Positions 39,101-48,730 of a stretch of 64,000 bases of DNA are shown here, one piece after another. A program made the position numbers and the translations under genes. Source of the DNA: Syntrophales bacterium (lineage in GTDB: Bacteria; Desulfobacterota; Syntrophia; Syntrophales; UBA2210); NCBI GenBank assembly GCA_963662405.2, contig CAXXKT010000001.1, forward strand, positions 672,001 through 736,000, read 5' to 3'. The first letter of the stretch is position 1. Every line of letters begins with the position of its first letter. Below the pieces are notes generated by a model. It ran no database searches. It saw nothing but the letters and a program-made list of their open reading frames with translations, and was not told the origin of the DNA.

Positions 39101-42100
39101 CTCCGACGGCCATCACCACGGCGGCCACATCCGTGGGAACCGCGAACGCCGAACTGAACGGGACCGTCAACGCCAACGGGGCCAGTGCAACGGTTACTTT
39201 CGAGTACGGCCTGACCACCGCCTACGGGACCACGGTAAACGCGATACAGGACCCGGTCAACGGCACTGCCGACACGGCGGTGAGCAGGGCCATCACCGGT
39301 TTGACCGACGGGGTCACCTATCATTACCGGGTCGTGGCGACCAGTACGAGCGGCACCACCTATGGGGCGGACATGACCTTCACCCCCGGCGTCACGCCAC
39401 CGACGGCGACCACTCAGGCGGCAACGGGCGTCGAGGCCACGACGGCAACCCTGAACGGGACGGTCAACGCCAACGGCACCAGCACGACCGTCACCTTCGA
39501 GTACGGCCCGACCACCGCCTACGGCAAGACCGTCACCGCAACCCCCGGGACCGTCACCGGTCTCTCCGACACGGGGGTCAGTGTCTCGATTTCTGGATTA
39601 ACGTCCAATACAACGTATCACTTCCGTGTGGTGGGGGAAAATACGGGGGGCACGGCCTACGGCGTCGACATGACCTTTACCACATTGGCGCCTCCCGCCG
39701 TCACCACCGGTGCCGCATCCGGGGTGAGCACCGCCGGGGCCACCCTGAACGGGACGGTCAACGCCTACGGCACCGGCACAACCGTCACCTTCGAGTACGG
39801 AACCACGACGGCCTACGGGACCACCGTGACCGCCGATCAGGACCCGGTCACCGGCTCCATCGATACGGCCGTGAGCACCGCCATCACGGGCCTGACCGCC
39901 GATACGATCTATCACTACCGGGCGGTGGGGACCAACATGTACGGCACCACGTACGGTACGGACATGACCTTTGTCACCACGGTGGGCGCAGCGCCCACGG
40001 TCACCACCGATGCAGCCATGCCGGTATTTAACGGCGCGACGCTCCGCGGCACGGTAACGGCAAATAATAGCAGCACCACCGTCACCTTCCAGTACGGAAC
40101 CACCACTGCCTACGGAACTACGGTCACAGCGGATCAGAGCCCGGTGACCGGGGTGAACGTCGAGGTGAGCGCGACCATTACCGGCCTCGCCTACAACCAG
40201 ACGTACCACTATCGGGTGGTAGGGACCAACGCCAGCGGAACCAGCAACGGCGCCGATATGACCTTCACCACAACTCTCAATCCCAGTGTCACGGTAAAGC
40301 CCGCAACCAATGTGCTGGGTACCAGCGCCACGTTGAACGGAGTGGCGAATGCCAACAACAGCGTATGGTCTGTTAACTTCGATTACAGCACGGATCTGAG
40401 CTACGACAGCTCCGTCAGCGCGACCCCCGCGACCGTCGATGGAAACAGCGACACACCGGTCAGTGCGGACATCACCGGGTTGACCCCGAACACACTGTAC
40501 AATTACCGGGCCAGGGTATATTCCGGCGCTTTCAACTACTCCAGCAGCTCCATGACCTTTACCACGCTGCAAGGGCAGTCGGTCACCACCGATGCCGCTT
40601 CGTCGGTAGGCGGCACCACCGCAACCGTGAACGGCACGGTCAATGCAAACACCTATGCCACGGCTGTCACCTTCGAATTCGGGCTTGACACCGGCTATGG
40701 GAAAACGGTGAACGCGGCCCAGGGCCCGGTCGCCGGTTCTACCGATACCGCCGTGAGTGCCGCTCTGACCGATCTGATTCCCGGCACGACCTATCATTAC
40801 CGGGCGACAGGGCGGAGCACCCAGGGGACCGTCTCCGGCGCGGACATGACCTTCACGACCTCTGCCGCCCCCCCGACCGCCGTCACCGATGCCGCTACCG
40901 GAGTCACGAACACCGGCGCGACACTGCACGGGACGGTGAACGCCCGGAACGACGCCACGACCGTTACCTTCGAGTACGGCCTGACCACCGCCTACGGCAC
41001 CACGGTGACCGCCGACCAGAGCCCGGTTACCGGTACGACCAACACGGCTGTCAGCAAAAGCATAACCGGGCTGACCGCCGAGACGACCTATCATTACCGG
41101 GTGGTGGCCCAGAACAGTTCGGGCACGACCTTCGGCGCGGATATGACCTTTTTCACCGGTATTATGCCCCCCATCGCGACCACCGGCCAAGCGACCGCCA
41201 TCGGCCCCGACGGGGCCACCCTGCACGGCACGGCAAATGCCCGTAATGCCAGCACCACCGTTACCTTTGAATACGGAGAGACGACAGGCTATGGACGCTC
41301 CGCCACGGCGTCCCCGAGCCCGGTCAGCGGTTCCGCGGATACCGCCGTCAGCGTCGCCATTGATTTGCTGAATGCAAACACCATCTATCATTACCGGGTG
41401 TGCGCGGTGAATGCGGCGGGCACCACCTACGGCACCGATATGACCTTTACGACCAATCTCGCCGGGACGCCCACGGTGACGACCGCCGATGTGACCGACA
41501 TATCCGGATCGACGGCGACAGGAGGAGGGACTGTTATCGATGAGGGGGACACCCCGGTGATAACGCGGGGTGTCTGCTGGAAGACCTCCTCCGCGCCGAC
41601 TATTGCCGATTCCACCACCTCGGACGGAACGGGCAGCGGTGGGTTCACGAGCAGCCTCACCGACCTGACCCCGCTTACCACCTACTATGTCAGGGCCTAT
41701 GCAACCAATGCGGCGGGGACGGCCTATGGAGAAGAAGTGCAGTTCACGACTATTGACGGAACCGGAGTGCCCCCAGCGATCCAGGATGCCGGACCGAACG
41801 GCGGTGATGGGAATGGAGACGGGACACGCGACAGTCTGCAGACAAACGTTGCGTCACTCCCCACGGCAACCGGTGCCGGCTATCTGACCGTTGAAGTCTC
41901 CGGCTGTGATCAGATGGAACAGGTCGCCACTTTCCTGTACGAATCTGTGGGTGCAACCGATCCCGGGTACACCTACCCCTTCGGGCTGGTGGGGTTTGAA
42001 ATCCCCTATTCCCCGGTGACGGTCAGGATCTATTACCACGGCGCCGAGGCCCTTGACGGATATTTCTACCGGAAGTTCGGTCCCACACCGAGTGACTGGA

Positions 42101-42369
42101 GCACGTCGATCTGGTATACCATGACGGGGGTGGTCTTCGGAACGGCAGAGATCGGCGGTCAGACCGTTCTCTATGTGGAGTTCATCCTCACGGCAGGTCA
42201 GCTGGGAGACGATACCAATGGTCTTCCCATTATCGATCAGGGAGGACCGGGACTGTTTGAACCCAATGCGGTGCCCACCCTATCGGAATGGGGTATGATA
42301 CTGTTCGCCTTGGTGATTGCGGGAACAGCGATTGCGATCATAAGAAAAAGAAGTTCGGTAGAGGGATAA
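36136..42369 (+). CDS. Large Thr-rich surface protein: 18 FN3-like repeats, choice-of-anchor U-like domain, IPTL-CTERM sorting signal
   Basis: Signal peptide; 16 ATLNGTVN..FEYG.T..YHYRVVA..TYG.DMTFTT units flanked by 2 GVCW..YYVRAYATN units; GDGNGDG..D..Q.NVAS; VPTLSEWGMILF + TM + RKR. Confidence 0.9.
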   Translation: MKRPLVSVALVLIFAVSFLAALPVCADVIIHAEGTITLHDSTIDINCGDLTVENGGTLQLTSGTVQECGALIVEGGGSVVQTQGTISYCAPTVTTQEVTAIGTTAATGNGTITALGTSALTAHGVCWNTTGAPTLADSSTDEGGAAAPGAFTSTMTGLSPNTTYYVRAYATNTSGTAYGNEVSFTTAAGVIAPTASTQTASGVGSTTATLNGTVNAHGTDTTVIFEYGTTTAYGTTATADQSPVTGTTDTAASVTLTGLAPGTTYHCRVVATSTEGTTYGGDVTFTTLVAATATTNAASGVGTTTATLNGTVNASGSSTTVTFEYGLTSAYGTTVTADQSPVTGSADTAVSGAITGLTPGTTYHFRVVAANTTGTTCGSDMTFTTLPPPTATTRAATGVGITAATLNGTVNAHGESATVTFQYGTTTAYGTTVTADQSPVSGSANTEVNRALTGLTTGVTYHYRVVATNGGGTAYGTDMTFITAVIPPTATTQAAGSVGTTTATLNGTVNAKGNSTTVNFEYGETTAYGTTVTADQSPITGSADTAVSRLITGLTSGVTYHYRVVAANDGGTTQGADMTFTTPAPPAVTTGAASGLSTSGATLNGTVNANGTSTTVTFQYGLTTAYGSTVTADQSPVNNSTDTAAGATLTGLAADTVYHYRAVGQNTYGTTYGADMTFITSVPAAPTAVTDAATDVEFDSATLNGTVNPNNGVTTVTFEYGLTTAYGSSVSAVPGSLTGTVDTAVSAAIGESDELEPDTTYHFRVVAQNASGTTYGADMTFDTTSAPPLALTVAGLVTGGDSATLNGIVDPQGTVTTVTFEYGTTTAYGTTVTADQSPLTTTLTYSKAVTADISGLANNTTYHFRVVAQNAGGTTYGRDMTFTLGTVGTAPTATTDAATGVDSTTATLNGTVNAGDATTIITFEYGLDTGYGSTAIANPNPLSGTTDTAVSAAVGDLSPNTTYHYRVTAINANGTVSGADMTFTTLPPPPTAITTAATSVGTANAELNGTVNANGASATVTFEYGLTTAYGTTVNAIQDPVNGTADTAVSRAITGLTDGVTYHYRVVATSTSGTTYGADMTFTPGVTPPTATTQAATGVEATTATLNGTVNANGTSTTVTFEYGPTTAYGKTVTATPGTVTGLSDTGVSVSISGLTSNTTYHFRVVGENTGGTAYGVDMTFTTLAPPAVTTGAASGVSTAGATLNGTVNAYGTGTTVTFEYGTTTAYGTTVTADQDPVTGSIDTAVSTAITGLTADTIYHYRAVGTNMYGTTYGTDMTFVTTVGAAPTVTTDAAMPVFNGATLRGTVTANNSSTTVTFQYGTTTAYGTTVTADQSPVTGVNVEVSATITGLAYNQTYHYRVVGTNASGTSNGADMTFTTTLNPSVTVKPATNVLGTSATLNGVANANNSVWSVNFDYSTDLSYDSSVSATPATVDGNSDTPVSADITGLTPNTLYNYRARVYSGAFNYSSSSMTFTTLQGQSVTTDAASSVGGTTATVNGTVNANTYATAVTFEFGLDTGYGKTVNAAQGPVAGSTDTAVSAALTDLIPGTTYHYRATGRSTQGTVSGADMTFTTSAAPPTAVTDAATGVTNTGATLHGTVNARNDATTVTFEYGLTTAYGTTVTADQSPVTGTTNTAVSKSITGLTAETTYHYRVVAQNSSGTTFGADMTFFTGIMPPIATTGQATAIGPDGATLHGTANARNASTTVTFEYGETTGYGRSATASPSPVSGSADTAVSVAIDLLNANTIYHYRVCAVNAAGTTYGTDMTFTTNLAGTPTVTTADVTDISGSTATGGGTVIDEGDTPVITRGVCWKTSSAPTIADSTTSDGTGSGGFTSSLTDLTPLTTYYVRAYATNAAGTAYGEEVQFTTIDGTGVPPAIQDAGPNGGDGNGDGTRDSLQTNVASLPTATGAGYLTVEVSGCDQMEQVATFLYESVGATDPGYTYPFGLVGFEIPYSPVTVRIYYHGAEALDGYFYRKFGPTPSDWSTSIWYTMTGVVFGTAEIGGQTVLYVEFILTAGQLGDDTNGLPIIDQGGPGLFEPNAVPTLSEWGMILFALVIAGTAIAIIRKRSSVEG
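36706..41454 (+). repeat. 16 tandem ~290-310 bp coding repeats
   Basis: Recurring CTGAACGGGACCGTCAAC, TTCGAGTACGG and GACATGACCTTCACC. Confidence 0.9.
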
Positions 42370-42424
42370 GGCAGTCCCTGAGATATACCGGGCCTCTCTT
42401 TTCTTCGCTTTCGTTCGGCAGCCG

Positions 42425-43759
42425 CTACCGATCGAGCCAGATCTTCATCTCCCGCGCCTGTTTCATGAGGTCGTCACGAAACCGGGGATGAGCGATACTG
42501 ATCAGCGCCTCCGCACGCTCCCATGTCGATTTCCCCTTGAGCTGGACAATCCCGTACTCGGTGGCGATGTACTGCACGCAGGATCGAGGAACGGTGACGA
42601 TGGAACCCGGCCGGAGCGTGGGGACGATCCGGGAATGAACGCCCCCGTCTTTGTCCTCGAAGGTCGAACTCAGGCCGATGATCCCCTTGCCGCCCCGCGA
42701 ATTGAAGGCACCGAAGATAAAGTCGAACTGTCCCCCCGTCCCGGAAATCTGGGAGGTCCCGACGGATTCGGAGCAGACCTGACTGAACAGGTCCACCTCG
42801 ATGGCGTTGTTGACGGCCGTCACCTTGCTGTTGAAGGACATCACCCGGGGATCGTTGGTGTAGTTCACCGGGTACGAGGCGCAGGCCGGATTGTGGTGCA
42901 GGAACTCATAGAGCTTGCCGGTCCCCATGGCAAAGGTATAAACCATCTTGAAACGGTCCGCCGTCTTCCGGTTCCCCGTGATCTTCCCGGCCTCGTAGAG
43001 GTCCACCATGGAATCGACCAGCATCTCCGTGTGGATCCCCAGATCCTTCAGGTCGCTCTCCGCAATCATGGCACCGATGACGTTGGGCAGACCGCCGATG
43101 CCGAGTTGGAGGCAGGCCCCGTCTTCGATCTCCGTCATGATGTGCCGGGCGATCAGGGTGTCCGTCTCCGAGGGTTGGGCAGGGGGAATCTCGATCATCG
43201 GGGGATTGTTCCCCTCGATGATATAATCGACCCGCGATACGTGCACCGATTCCTGATTGCCCCCGAGGCAGTGGGGCATGCTCTCGTTGATCTCGACGAT
43301 GACCTTCCTGGCCTTGGTAATGGCCGCCGAGGTGAGGGAGTTGGAGACGCCGTAGTTGAAATATCCCTGCCCGTCCATGGGCCGCGCGCTCACCACCACG
43401 AAATCATACTCCTTGTATTTCCGAATGATCCGGGGTCCCTGGTGATAGGTAAGGGGAATGTAGCTGCACAGACCCTGCCGGTACAGTCTCCTGCTCACCC
43501 CGGAAAAGTGCCAGTCATTGTAAATAAAGTGCCGCCGTTTCGAGTCTGCCTCAATAAAATGAGGAACCTTGGTGAGGCTCACCCCCTCGATTTGGATCTT
43601 CGCCAGCTCGTCGGCACGATCGGCGAGGGCCGCGTCAAACGATTCGGGTCGGAGGACAAATTCGGAAAAGAAGATCCGGTCGCCGGACGTGATCATCCGG
43701 GCCACCGCCTCGGCGGTCCTCAGCTTGTCCCGATACTTGATTCTGTTTAACTGCTCCAT
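42425..43759 (-). CDS. Acetyl-CoA hydrolase/transferase family protein (butyryl-CoA:acetate / 4-hydroxybutyrate CoA-transferase)
   Basis: CLQLGIGGLP, LGIHTEM, SGTGGQFDF, TEYG...LKGKS..ERA..LISIAHP.FR. Start taken at MEQLNR. Confidence 0.92.
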   Translation of the reverse strand: MEQLNRIKYRDKLRTAEAVARMITSGDRIFFSEFVLRPESFDAALADRADELAKIQIEGVSLTKVPHFIEADSKRRHFIYNDWHFSGVSRRLYRQGLCSYIPLTYHQGPRIIRKYKEYDFVVVSARPMDGQGYFNYGVSNSLTSAAITKARKVIVEINESMPHCLGGNQESVHVSRVDYIIEGNNPPMIEIPPAQPSETDTLIARHIMTEIEDGACLQLGIGGLPNVIGAMIAESDLKDLGIHTEMLVDSMVDLYEAGKITGNRKTADRFKMVYTFAMGTGKLYEFLHHNPACASYPVNYTNDPRVMSFNSKVTAVNNAIEVDLFSQVCSESVGTSQISGTGGQFDFIFGAFNSRGGKGIIGLSSTFEDKDGGVHSRIVPTLRPGSIVTVPRSCVQYIATEYGIVQLKGKSTWERAEALISIAHPRFRDDLMKQAREMKIWLDR

Positions 43760-43930
43760 GCACTCACTCCTGCGGATTGATTTCTCGCTCAATACCCCCA
43801 AAAGATCAGGGGACATCTTCACCCCTTCTTGCGGAAAAAAGAAAGGAGAAAACCACATAAAGGGAAAAGACGATTATACGAATCCCGATCGGCTGGAAGG
43901 ACCCGGAGCGGATCTCTTATTTCAGCCGGA

Positions 43931-45208
43931 TCACGGCACGCGCGAAACCCTTGTGTAACTGTAGCAACTCAACGTTTCCTCCTCATAGAAGGGGCCGTTA
44001 TAGGTGGCGATGGCGTCCAGGTAATCATCATAGCTCGTCGGTTCGTCGAACTTTACCGTCTCCAAGGAAAGATTGGTATATGCCCCGGGGCGAAGATCCG
44101 CCAGCGTGTCGGGAAGGTCGGGGAAAATGGCGGCTCCGGCAGTGGCCGGCACCGTTATCGTATAAGCACACGAAACCCTCTGTGGCGACGTTGCACTATA
44201 GTCGATGGTAATCTTTTGCATCGTTGAGCTTGAATCGTTATTCGACCAACTGATAAGCGGCCGACCGGCCATACCCGCGTTGTAAGCAAGATCACCGGGG
44301 ATCAGAGGTGCCTGACCGAAATCAAAGACCTGATTGGAGGAATCTTTCAGATACCGGACCAGGCCGATATCCGCGTCGGCGGTACCGTCACTGTCCTGAT
44401 CAACACTGACGGTGGCAGTGAGCATGTTGTTGTCGGCGAAGCCAGCGGTGGAATAGGTGGCCATCACAGCGGGTAACGGTGCCATCCCCCAGGTAAAATT
44501 GAACGGCAGATTGGTGGGGGCATGTTTCCGGAACAGCGAGGCAAAGGCGTAGTAAGACATGAAGCGCGGCGGAACATTCTCGAAACGATGGGTATGCTGG
44601 ACGAGATCCGTGCGGTCGATGGCGACGTCGATCACACTGCCGTCAACGGCGGGCTGGTCAAGGGCGAACCCATACCCCTCGATGTCACCACCAGCATCGT
44701 ACCCGGTGGCAAAAACTGAAATGGTGCCATCATCCTGTAACTCATGGATATCCATGGTAACATTGGACCCATTGTACGTTATCGGGCCGAGCGTTACTTC
44801 ACGGTCGGTGACACCTGCCACCTCATCGGTGACGTTGATATGTACCTGCCGAGTGTTTTGATCACAGGTTCCCAACGTCAATGTTACGACTGAAACATTG
44901 ACGTCGTAGACGACGTCGACATAAGAGTAGGTCCTGTCTGCGGAAGACGCATGGCAACTGAAGGCGGCGGTTATTGTGGCGTGTGACGGAGCCCCATCGA
45001 AATACGCTTCACCGTCATCACCGGTAGAGGAAAAAGACATCACCTGACCGGTCCGGGTTCCGATAACAACGGTGGCATTCGCTATCCCGTTCCCTTGTCC
45101 ATCGATAACCCTGACGCATATCGGGTTGGCTGCGTGATCGCTTGTGCTGCATGCAGCCATGACCAACAAACAGAGGATAATAAAAATAAACTGTGTTTTC
45201 ATCGTCAT
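43931..45208 (-). CDS. Hypothetical lipoprotein with N-terminal carboxypeptidase-regulatory-like beta domain
   Basis: Lipobox-like VMAAC; VRVIDGQGNGIANATV..TGDDG. Confidence 0.65.
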   Translation of the reverse strand: MTMKTQFIFIILCLLVMAACSTSDHAANPICVRVIDGQGNGIANATVVIGTRTGQVMSFSSTGDDGEAYFDGAPSHATITAAFSCHASSADRTYSYVDVVYDVNVSVVTLTLGTCDQNTRQVHINVTDEVAGVTDREVTLGPITYNGSNVTMDIHELQDDGTISVFATGYDAGGDIEGYGFALDQPAVDGSVIDVAIDRTDLVQHTHRFENVPPRFMSYYAFASLFRKHAPTNLPFNFTWGMAPLPAVMATYSTAGFADNNMLTATVSVDQDSDGTADADIGLVRYLKDSSNQVFDFGQAPLIPGDLAYNAGMAGRPLISWSNNDSSSTMQKITIDYSATSPQRVSCAYTITVPATAGAAIFPDLPDTLADLRPGAYTNLSLETVKFDEPTSYDDYLDAIATYNGPFYEEETLSCYSYTRVSRVP

Positions 45209-45492
45209 GCCTCCGATTTCCACAAATGCCAGCCTGCTTTGCAGGCGAGAGCACCGTACATTGCTCCAATACCACAGGAGAAGCCGCTTCGGTTACGGAG
45301 ACCGCCGATATTGAGCAGGGCCTTTATTCTATACGATCTTCATGCCTTGCTCCATTAGGCCACGGGTAATCAGGCGCGCCGATATACCCTTCCCAAAAGG
45401 ATCCCACGATTCGATAGGATCGAGCCCTCTTTGTCCGGATAGGTGTCGAGACAGATCACAGAAAAACACCTGCGGTGCGGAGGGATAACCGG

Positions 45493-46239
45493 TCAGTCGC
45501 CTTCCCCGGCAATGATCGCCCTGACCCGGTTGAGTTCTTTCTCGTTGTCCACCTCGACGGAGTCGTGGGGGGTCTCAACGACCTTGATCTTATACCCGTT
45601 CTCCAGCGCTCGAAGCTGTTCAAGGGCCTCAATTCGCTCTAATGTCCCGGTCTCCAGACCCGTGAAGGTCCGCAGGAACGATCGGCGATAACCGTAGATC
45701 CCGTGGTGCTTGTAATAGGAGACCGGTTCCTTCCCGTCACGGTCGTAAGGGATCGTCGCCCGGGAGAAGTAGAGGGCGAAATGGTCCTTATCGAAAGTGA
45801 CCTTGACGGCGTGGGGGTGGCGTATCTCTTCCTCACGCTGGATACGGTAGATAAGGGTAGAAAAATCAAGTGCGGGATCGTCGAGGAGAGGCCGAGCGAC
45901 TTCTTCTATCTGCGCAATGTAAAAAAGGGGTTGATCCCCCTGAATATTGACGATGATGTCTGTTTCGTCCAGGCCGAGACCGCCAACGGCCTCGGCGATC
46001 CGATCGGTCCCGGATCGATGGCGGGGGGAGGTCATGACGGCGTTTCCCCCGAATTCCTTTACCCGCTCGAAGATACGTTCGTCATCCGTGGCAACCGCGA
46101 CATGCGCGATCAGGTCGGCCCCGGCCGCCCGTTCATAGACGTGTTGTATCATCGGTTTACCGCAGATATCCGCCAGGGGTTTTCCTGCAAAACGCGACGA
46201 GCCCCACCGGGCGGGGATGATGCAGACGACCTTCGGCAT
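45493..46239 (-). CDS. kdsB: 3-deoxy-manno-octulosonate cytidylyltransferase
   Basis: IIPARWGSSRFAGKPL, VATDD, SGTDR, NIQGD, YFSR, LEQLRALENG. Confidence 0.95.
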   Translation of the reverse strand: MPKVVCIIPARWGSSRFAGKPLADICGKPMIQHVYERAAGADLIAHVAVATDDERIFERVKEFGGNAVMTSPRHRSGTDRIAEAVGGLGLDETDIIVNIQGDQPLFYIAQIEEVARPLLDDPALDFSTLIYRIQREEEIRHPHAVKVTFDKDHFALYFSRATIPYDRDGKEPVSYYKHHGIYGYRRSFLRTFTGLETGTLERIEALEQLRALENGYKIKVVETPHDSVEVDNEKELNRVRAIIAGEGD

Positions 46240-46243
46240 AATC

Positions 46244-47446
46244 CTACAGGTTTCTCCCCGCCTCCCCGATCGCGTCGATGGTCTTTACCCGTGTTTCTTC
46301 GGGCATCCTGACCGGTATGATCAGGAAGAGTGTCCGGCTCATGATCTGTTCGGCGTGGGGAATGTCCTCCGCGCGGTAATCGACCGTTCCCGTATAGAGC
46401 GGGTTAGTGAAAGGAAACTGTTTTGAATTGGCGGTGGCCCGCGCGATCAGATGTTCCCAGCGCAGGGCGTAGTGCCACGCGTTGTCACGATAATAGATCG
46501 CGCCGACGCCTCTCTCACCGAGAAGCTTCTGGAAGCGTTTCGCGGCCGCCTCGTCCGGGAGGTTGAAACCCAGGAAGGACGCGATATCACCGTCGGGATC
46601 GAAGAGTTTCCTGAAGCCGATCCCGGGGACCGCCCCCAGGGTCTCCTTCAGCGCAGCCTTGTTTTTTCGCTGTTCGCCGATGATGTGATCCAGTTTCCGG
46701 AGTTGAGCCAGACCGACCGCCCCTTGGAACTCATTCATCCGGAAGTTGAAACCGAGGATCGAACGCCCCTCGTCCCCCCGCCCCACGCTGGGATTGTGAT
46801 CGTGGCCGTGGTCGTGGTACCAGTCGGAGCGATCGTAGAGGGCCTTGCTGTTCGTCAGGACCATCCCCCCCTCGCCGGTGGTGATCGTCTTGTAGTAGTC
46901 GAAGCTCAGGATCCCCATGTCGCCGAAGCTCCCCAGTTTCTTCCCTTGGTAGCTCCCGCCGCAGGCTTGGGCGTTGTCCTCGAGTACGATGAGATTGTGC
47001 TTCTTCGCGACCTCGATGATCCGGTCGATCCGCGCCGCTGCGCCGCACATGTGGACGGGGATCACACACTTCGTCCGGGGGGTAATCTTGGCCTCCATGT
47101 CGTCCGGATCGATGTTCAGAGAGTCGTCGATATCGGTCATGATCGGGATCGCTCCTGCCTCCAGGACCGCCTCGTAGGTGGCGATGAAGTCGAATGCCGG
47201 GACAAGAACCTCGTCCCCCGGCCCCACATCGAGGGCGGTCAGGGCAACCTTCAGGGCCGCCGAACCGGAGGTTACGCCCAGGGTGTAGCCGACCCCCAGA
47301 AACTCGGCGAACGCCTTCTCAAATTCCTTGACTTTGAAAACCCCTTTGCGCTCCTCGTCAAAGCCGTAGCGCATGAAGACCCCCGTCTCCAGGATGTCTA
47401 ATACCTCTTGTTTCTCTTCCTTCCCTATCAGTTCACTTCCTGCCAT
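46244..47446 (-). CDS. kdnA: DegT/DnrJ aminotransferase, KdnA-like (8-amino-Kdo transaminase)
   Basis: M.G.ELIG.EEKQEV..FMRY.FD..R, VHMCG, SFD..KTIT.GEGG, DHGHDH, NFR, YYRDNAWHY..W. Matches Shewanella KdnA as I recall it; adjacent to kdsB. Confidence 0.8.
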   Translation of the reverse strand: MAGSELIGKEEKQEVLDILETGVFMRYGFDEERKGVFKVKEFEKAFAEFLGVGYTLGVTSGSAALKVALTALDVGPGDEVLVPAFDFIATYEAVLEAGAIPIMTDIDDSLNIDPDDMEAKITPRTKCVIPVHMCGAAARIDRIIEVAKKHNLIVLEDNAQACGGSYQGKKLGSFGDMGILSFDYYKTITTGEGGMVLTNSKALYDRSDWYHDHGHDHNPSVGRGDEGRSILGFNFRMNEFQGAVGLAQLRKLDHIIGEQRKNKAALKETLGAVPGIGFRKLFDPDGDIASFLGFNLPDEAAAKRFQKLLGERGVGAIYYRDNAWHYALRWEHLIARATANSKQFPFTNPLYTGTVDYRAEDIPHAEQIMSRTLFLIIPVRMPEETRVKTIDAIGEAGRNL

Positions 47447-47461
47447 TCCGTTTCCTCCGGT

Positions 47462-48619
47462 TTAGTATGCGTCGCTGTAGATCTCGATGGCGTCCTGCGG
47501 TGTCACCATGCGCGGGTTGTTCGCCAGGGGCCGGGCCACCGTCATGGCCGTGTCCGCCAGCTTCGGGAAGTCCGCTTCCACGATCCCCAGCGTCTCCAGC
47601 GTCTCGTAGATCCCGCAGTCATCGATCAGATCTTCAACCGCGCCGACGGCCAATCCCGCGGCCTCGTTCAGGGAAAGGCCTTCGGTCGGGGCCCCCATCA
47701 CTTCGGCAATGACGGCAAACTTTTCCAGTGCCCCGGGGAGGTTGAAGTTCATCACCGCCGGGAGGAGGATCGTGTTCGCCAGACCGTGGGGAATCCCGTA
47801 CATCCCCCCCAGCGGGTAGGAGAGGGAGTGGACGGCGGTAACCCCGGCATTCGCCAGCCCCAGGCCAGCATACAAACTTCCCAGGAGCATCTGACCTCGT
47901 GCCTCCAGGTCGGTCCCGTTGTGGACGCAGGTCCGCAGGCTCGATGCGATCAGGTCGATCGCCTCCAGGGAGATCAGCTCGCTCATGGGGCTTGCCGCGA
48001 TCGAGGTGTACGATTCGATGGCGTGACAGAGGGCATCGACTCCCGTGGTTGCCGTTACCGGCGACGGGATGGTCAGGGTCAGCTCAGGATCGAGGAGGGC
48101 AACATTGGGATAGAGGTACGGGCTGTTCATCCCCTCCTTCTTGCTGAGGTCCTTGCGGATGAAGACGGAGGTGAAGGTCACCTCGCTCCCCGTCCCGGCG
48201 GTCGTCGGAACCATGATGGTGGGGAGACCCGGCCCGGGGACATTGTTCAGTCCCAGGAAGTCCTTGGCCGATCCCTTGTTGACGGTGATGGCCGCCACGG
48301 CCTTTGCCACGTCCATGGCGCTTCCCCCGCCGATCCCCACGACGAGGTCGCACTGTTTGGTCGCGGCCGCCTGCGCCCCTTCATCGGCAAGCTCCAGGGG
48401 AGGCTCCCCCTCCACCTTGTCGAAGATGACGATTTCCATGCCGGCCTTTTTCAAGGAGGCAGTCACCCGCTCATGCAACCCCGCGGCCGAGAGGTTGCCG
48501 TCGAGCACGACCAGCGGTTTCGTGCCGCCCAGTTCCTTTATCTGCTCGGCCAACTGTTCGAACGCCCCGTTTCCAAATACAATCTTTCCCGCACCGGTAA
48601 AAGAAAAGGTCTTATTCAT
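47462..48619 (-). CDS. Iron-containing alcohol dehydrogenase (positional KdnB candidate)
   Basis: GGGSAMD, PTTAGTGSEVT, DALCHAIE, HSLS, HGLAN. Confidence 0.88.
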   Translation of the reverse strand: MNKTFSFTGAGKIVFGNGAFEQLAEQIKELGGTKPLVVLDGNLSAAGLHERVTASLKKAGMEIVIFDKVEGEPPLELADEGAQAAATKQCDLVVGIGGGSAMDVAKAVAAITVNKGSAKDFLGLNNVPGPGLPTIMVPTTAGTGSEVTFTSVFIRKDLSKKEGMNSPYLYPNVALLDPELTLTIPSPVTATTGVDALCHAIESYTSIAASPMSELISLEAIDLIASSLRTCVHNGTDLEARGQMLLGSLYAGLGLANAGVTAVHSLSYPLGGMYGIPHGLANTILLPAVMNFNLPGALEKFAVIAEVMGAPTEGLSLNEAAGLAVGAVEDLIDDCGIYETLETLGIVEADFPKLADTAMTVARPLANNPRMVTPQDAIEIYSDAY

Positions 48620-48653
48620 ATCGTATCCTTCCGTATCACGTATTCTTACCCAG

Positions 48654-48688
48654 AAAAACCCATCCGACCAACAAGTCGAATGGGTTTC
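48654..48688 (-). terminator. Rho-independent terminator
   Basis: Minus strand AAACCCATTCGAC-TTGTTG-GTCGGATGGGTTTTT. Confidence 0.7.
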
Positions 48689-48730
48689 CTTATACCACGC
48701 TCTTTTTCCGTTTCCTATTACAATTTATGG

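Noticed and set aside
36706..41454. Regular DNA repeats considered as a CRISPR array or DGR
   Set aside because: The units are ~300-bp in-frame protein domains; no cas or reverse transcriptase gene in the window.
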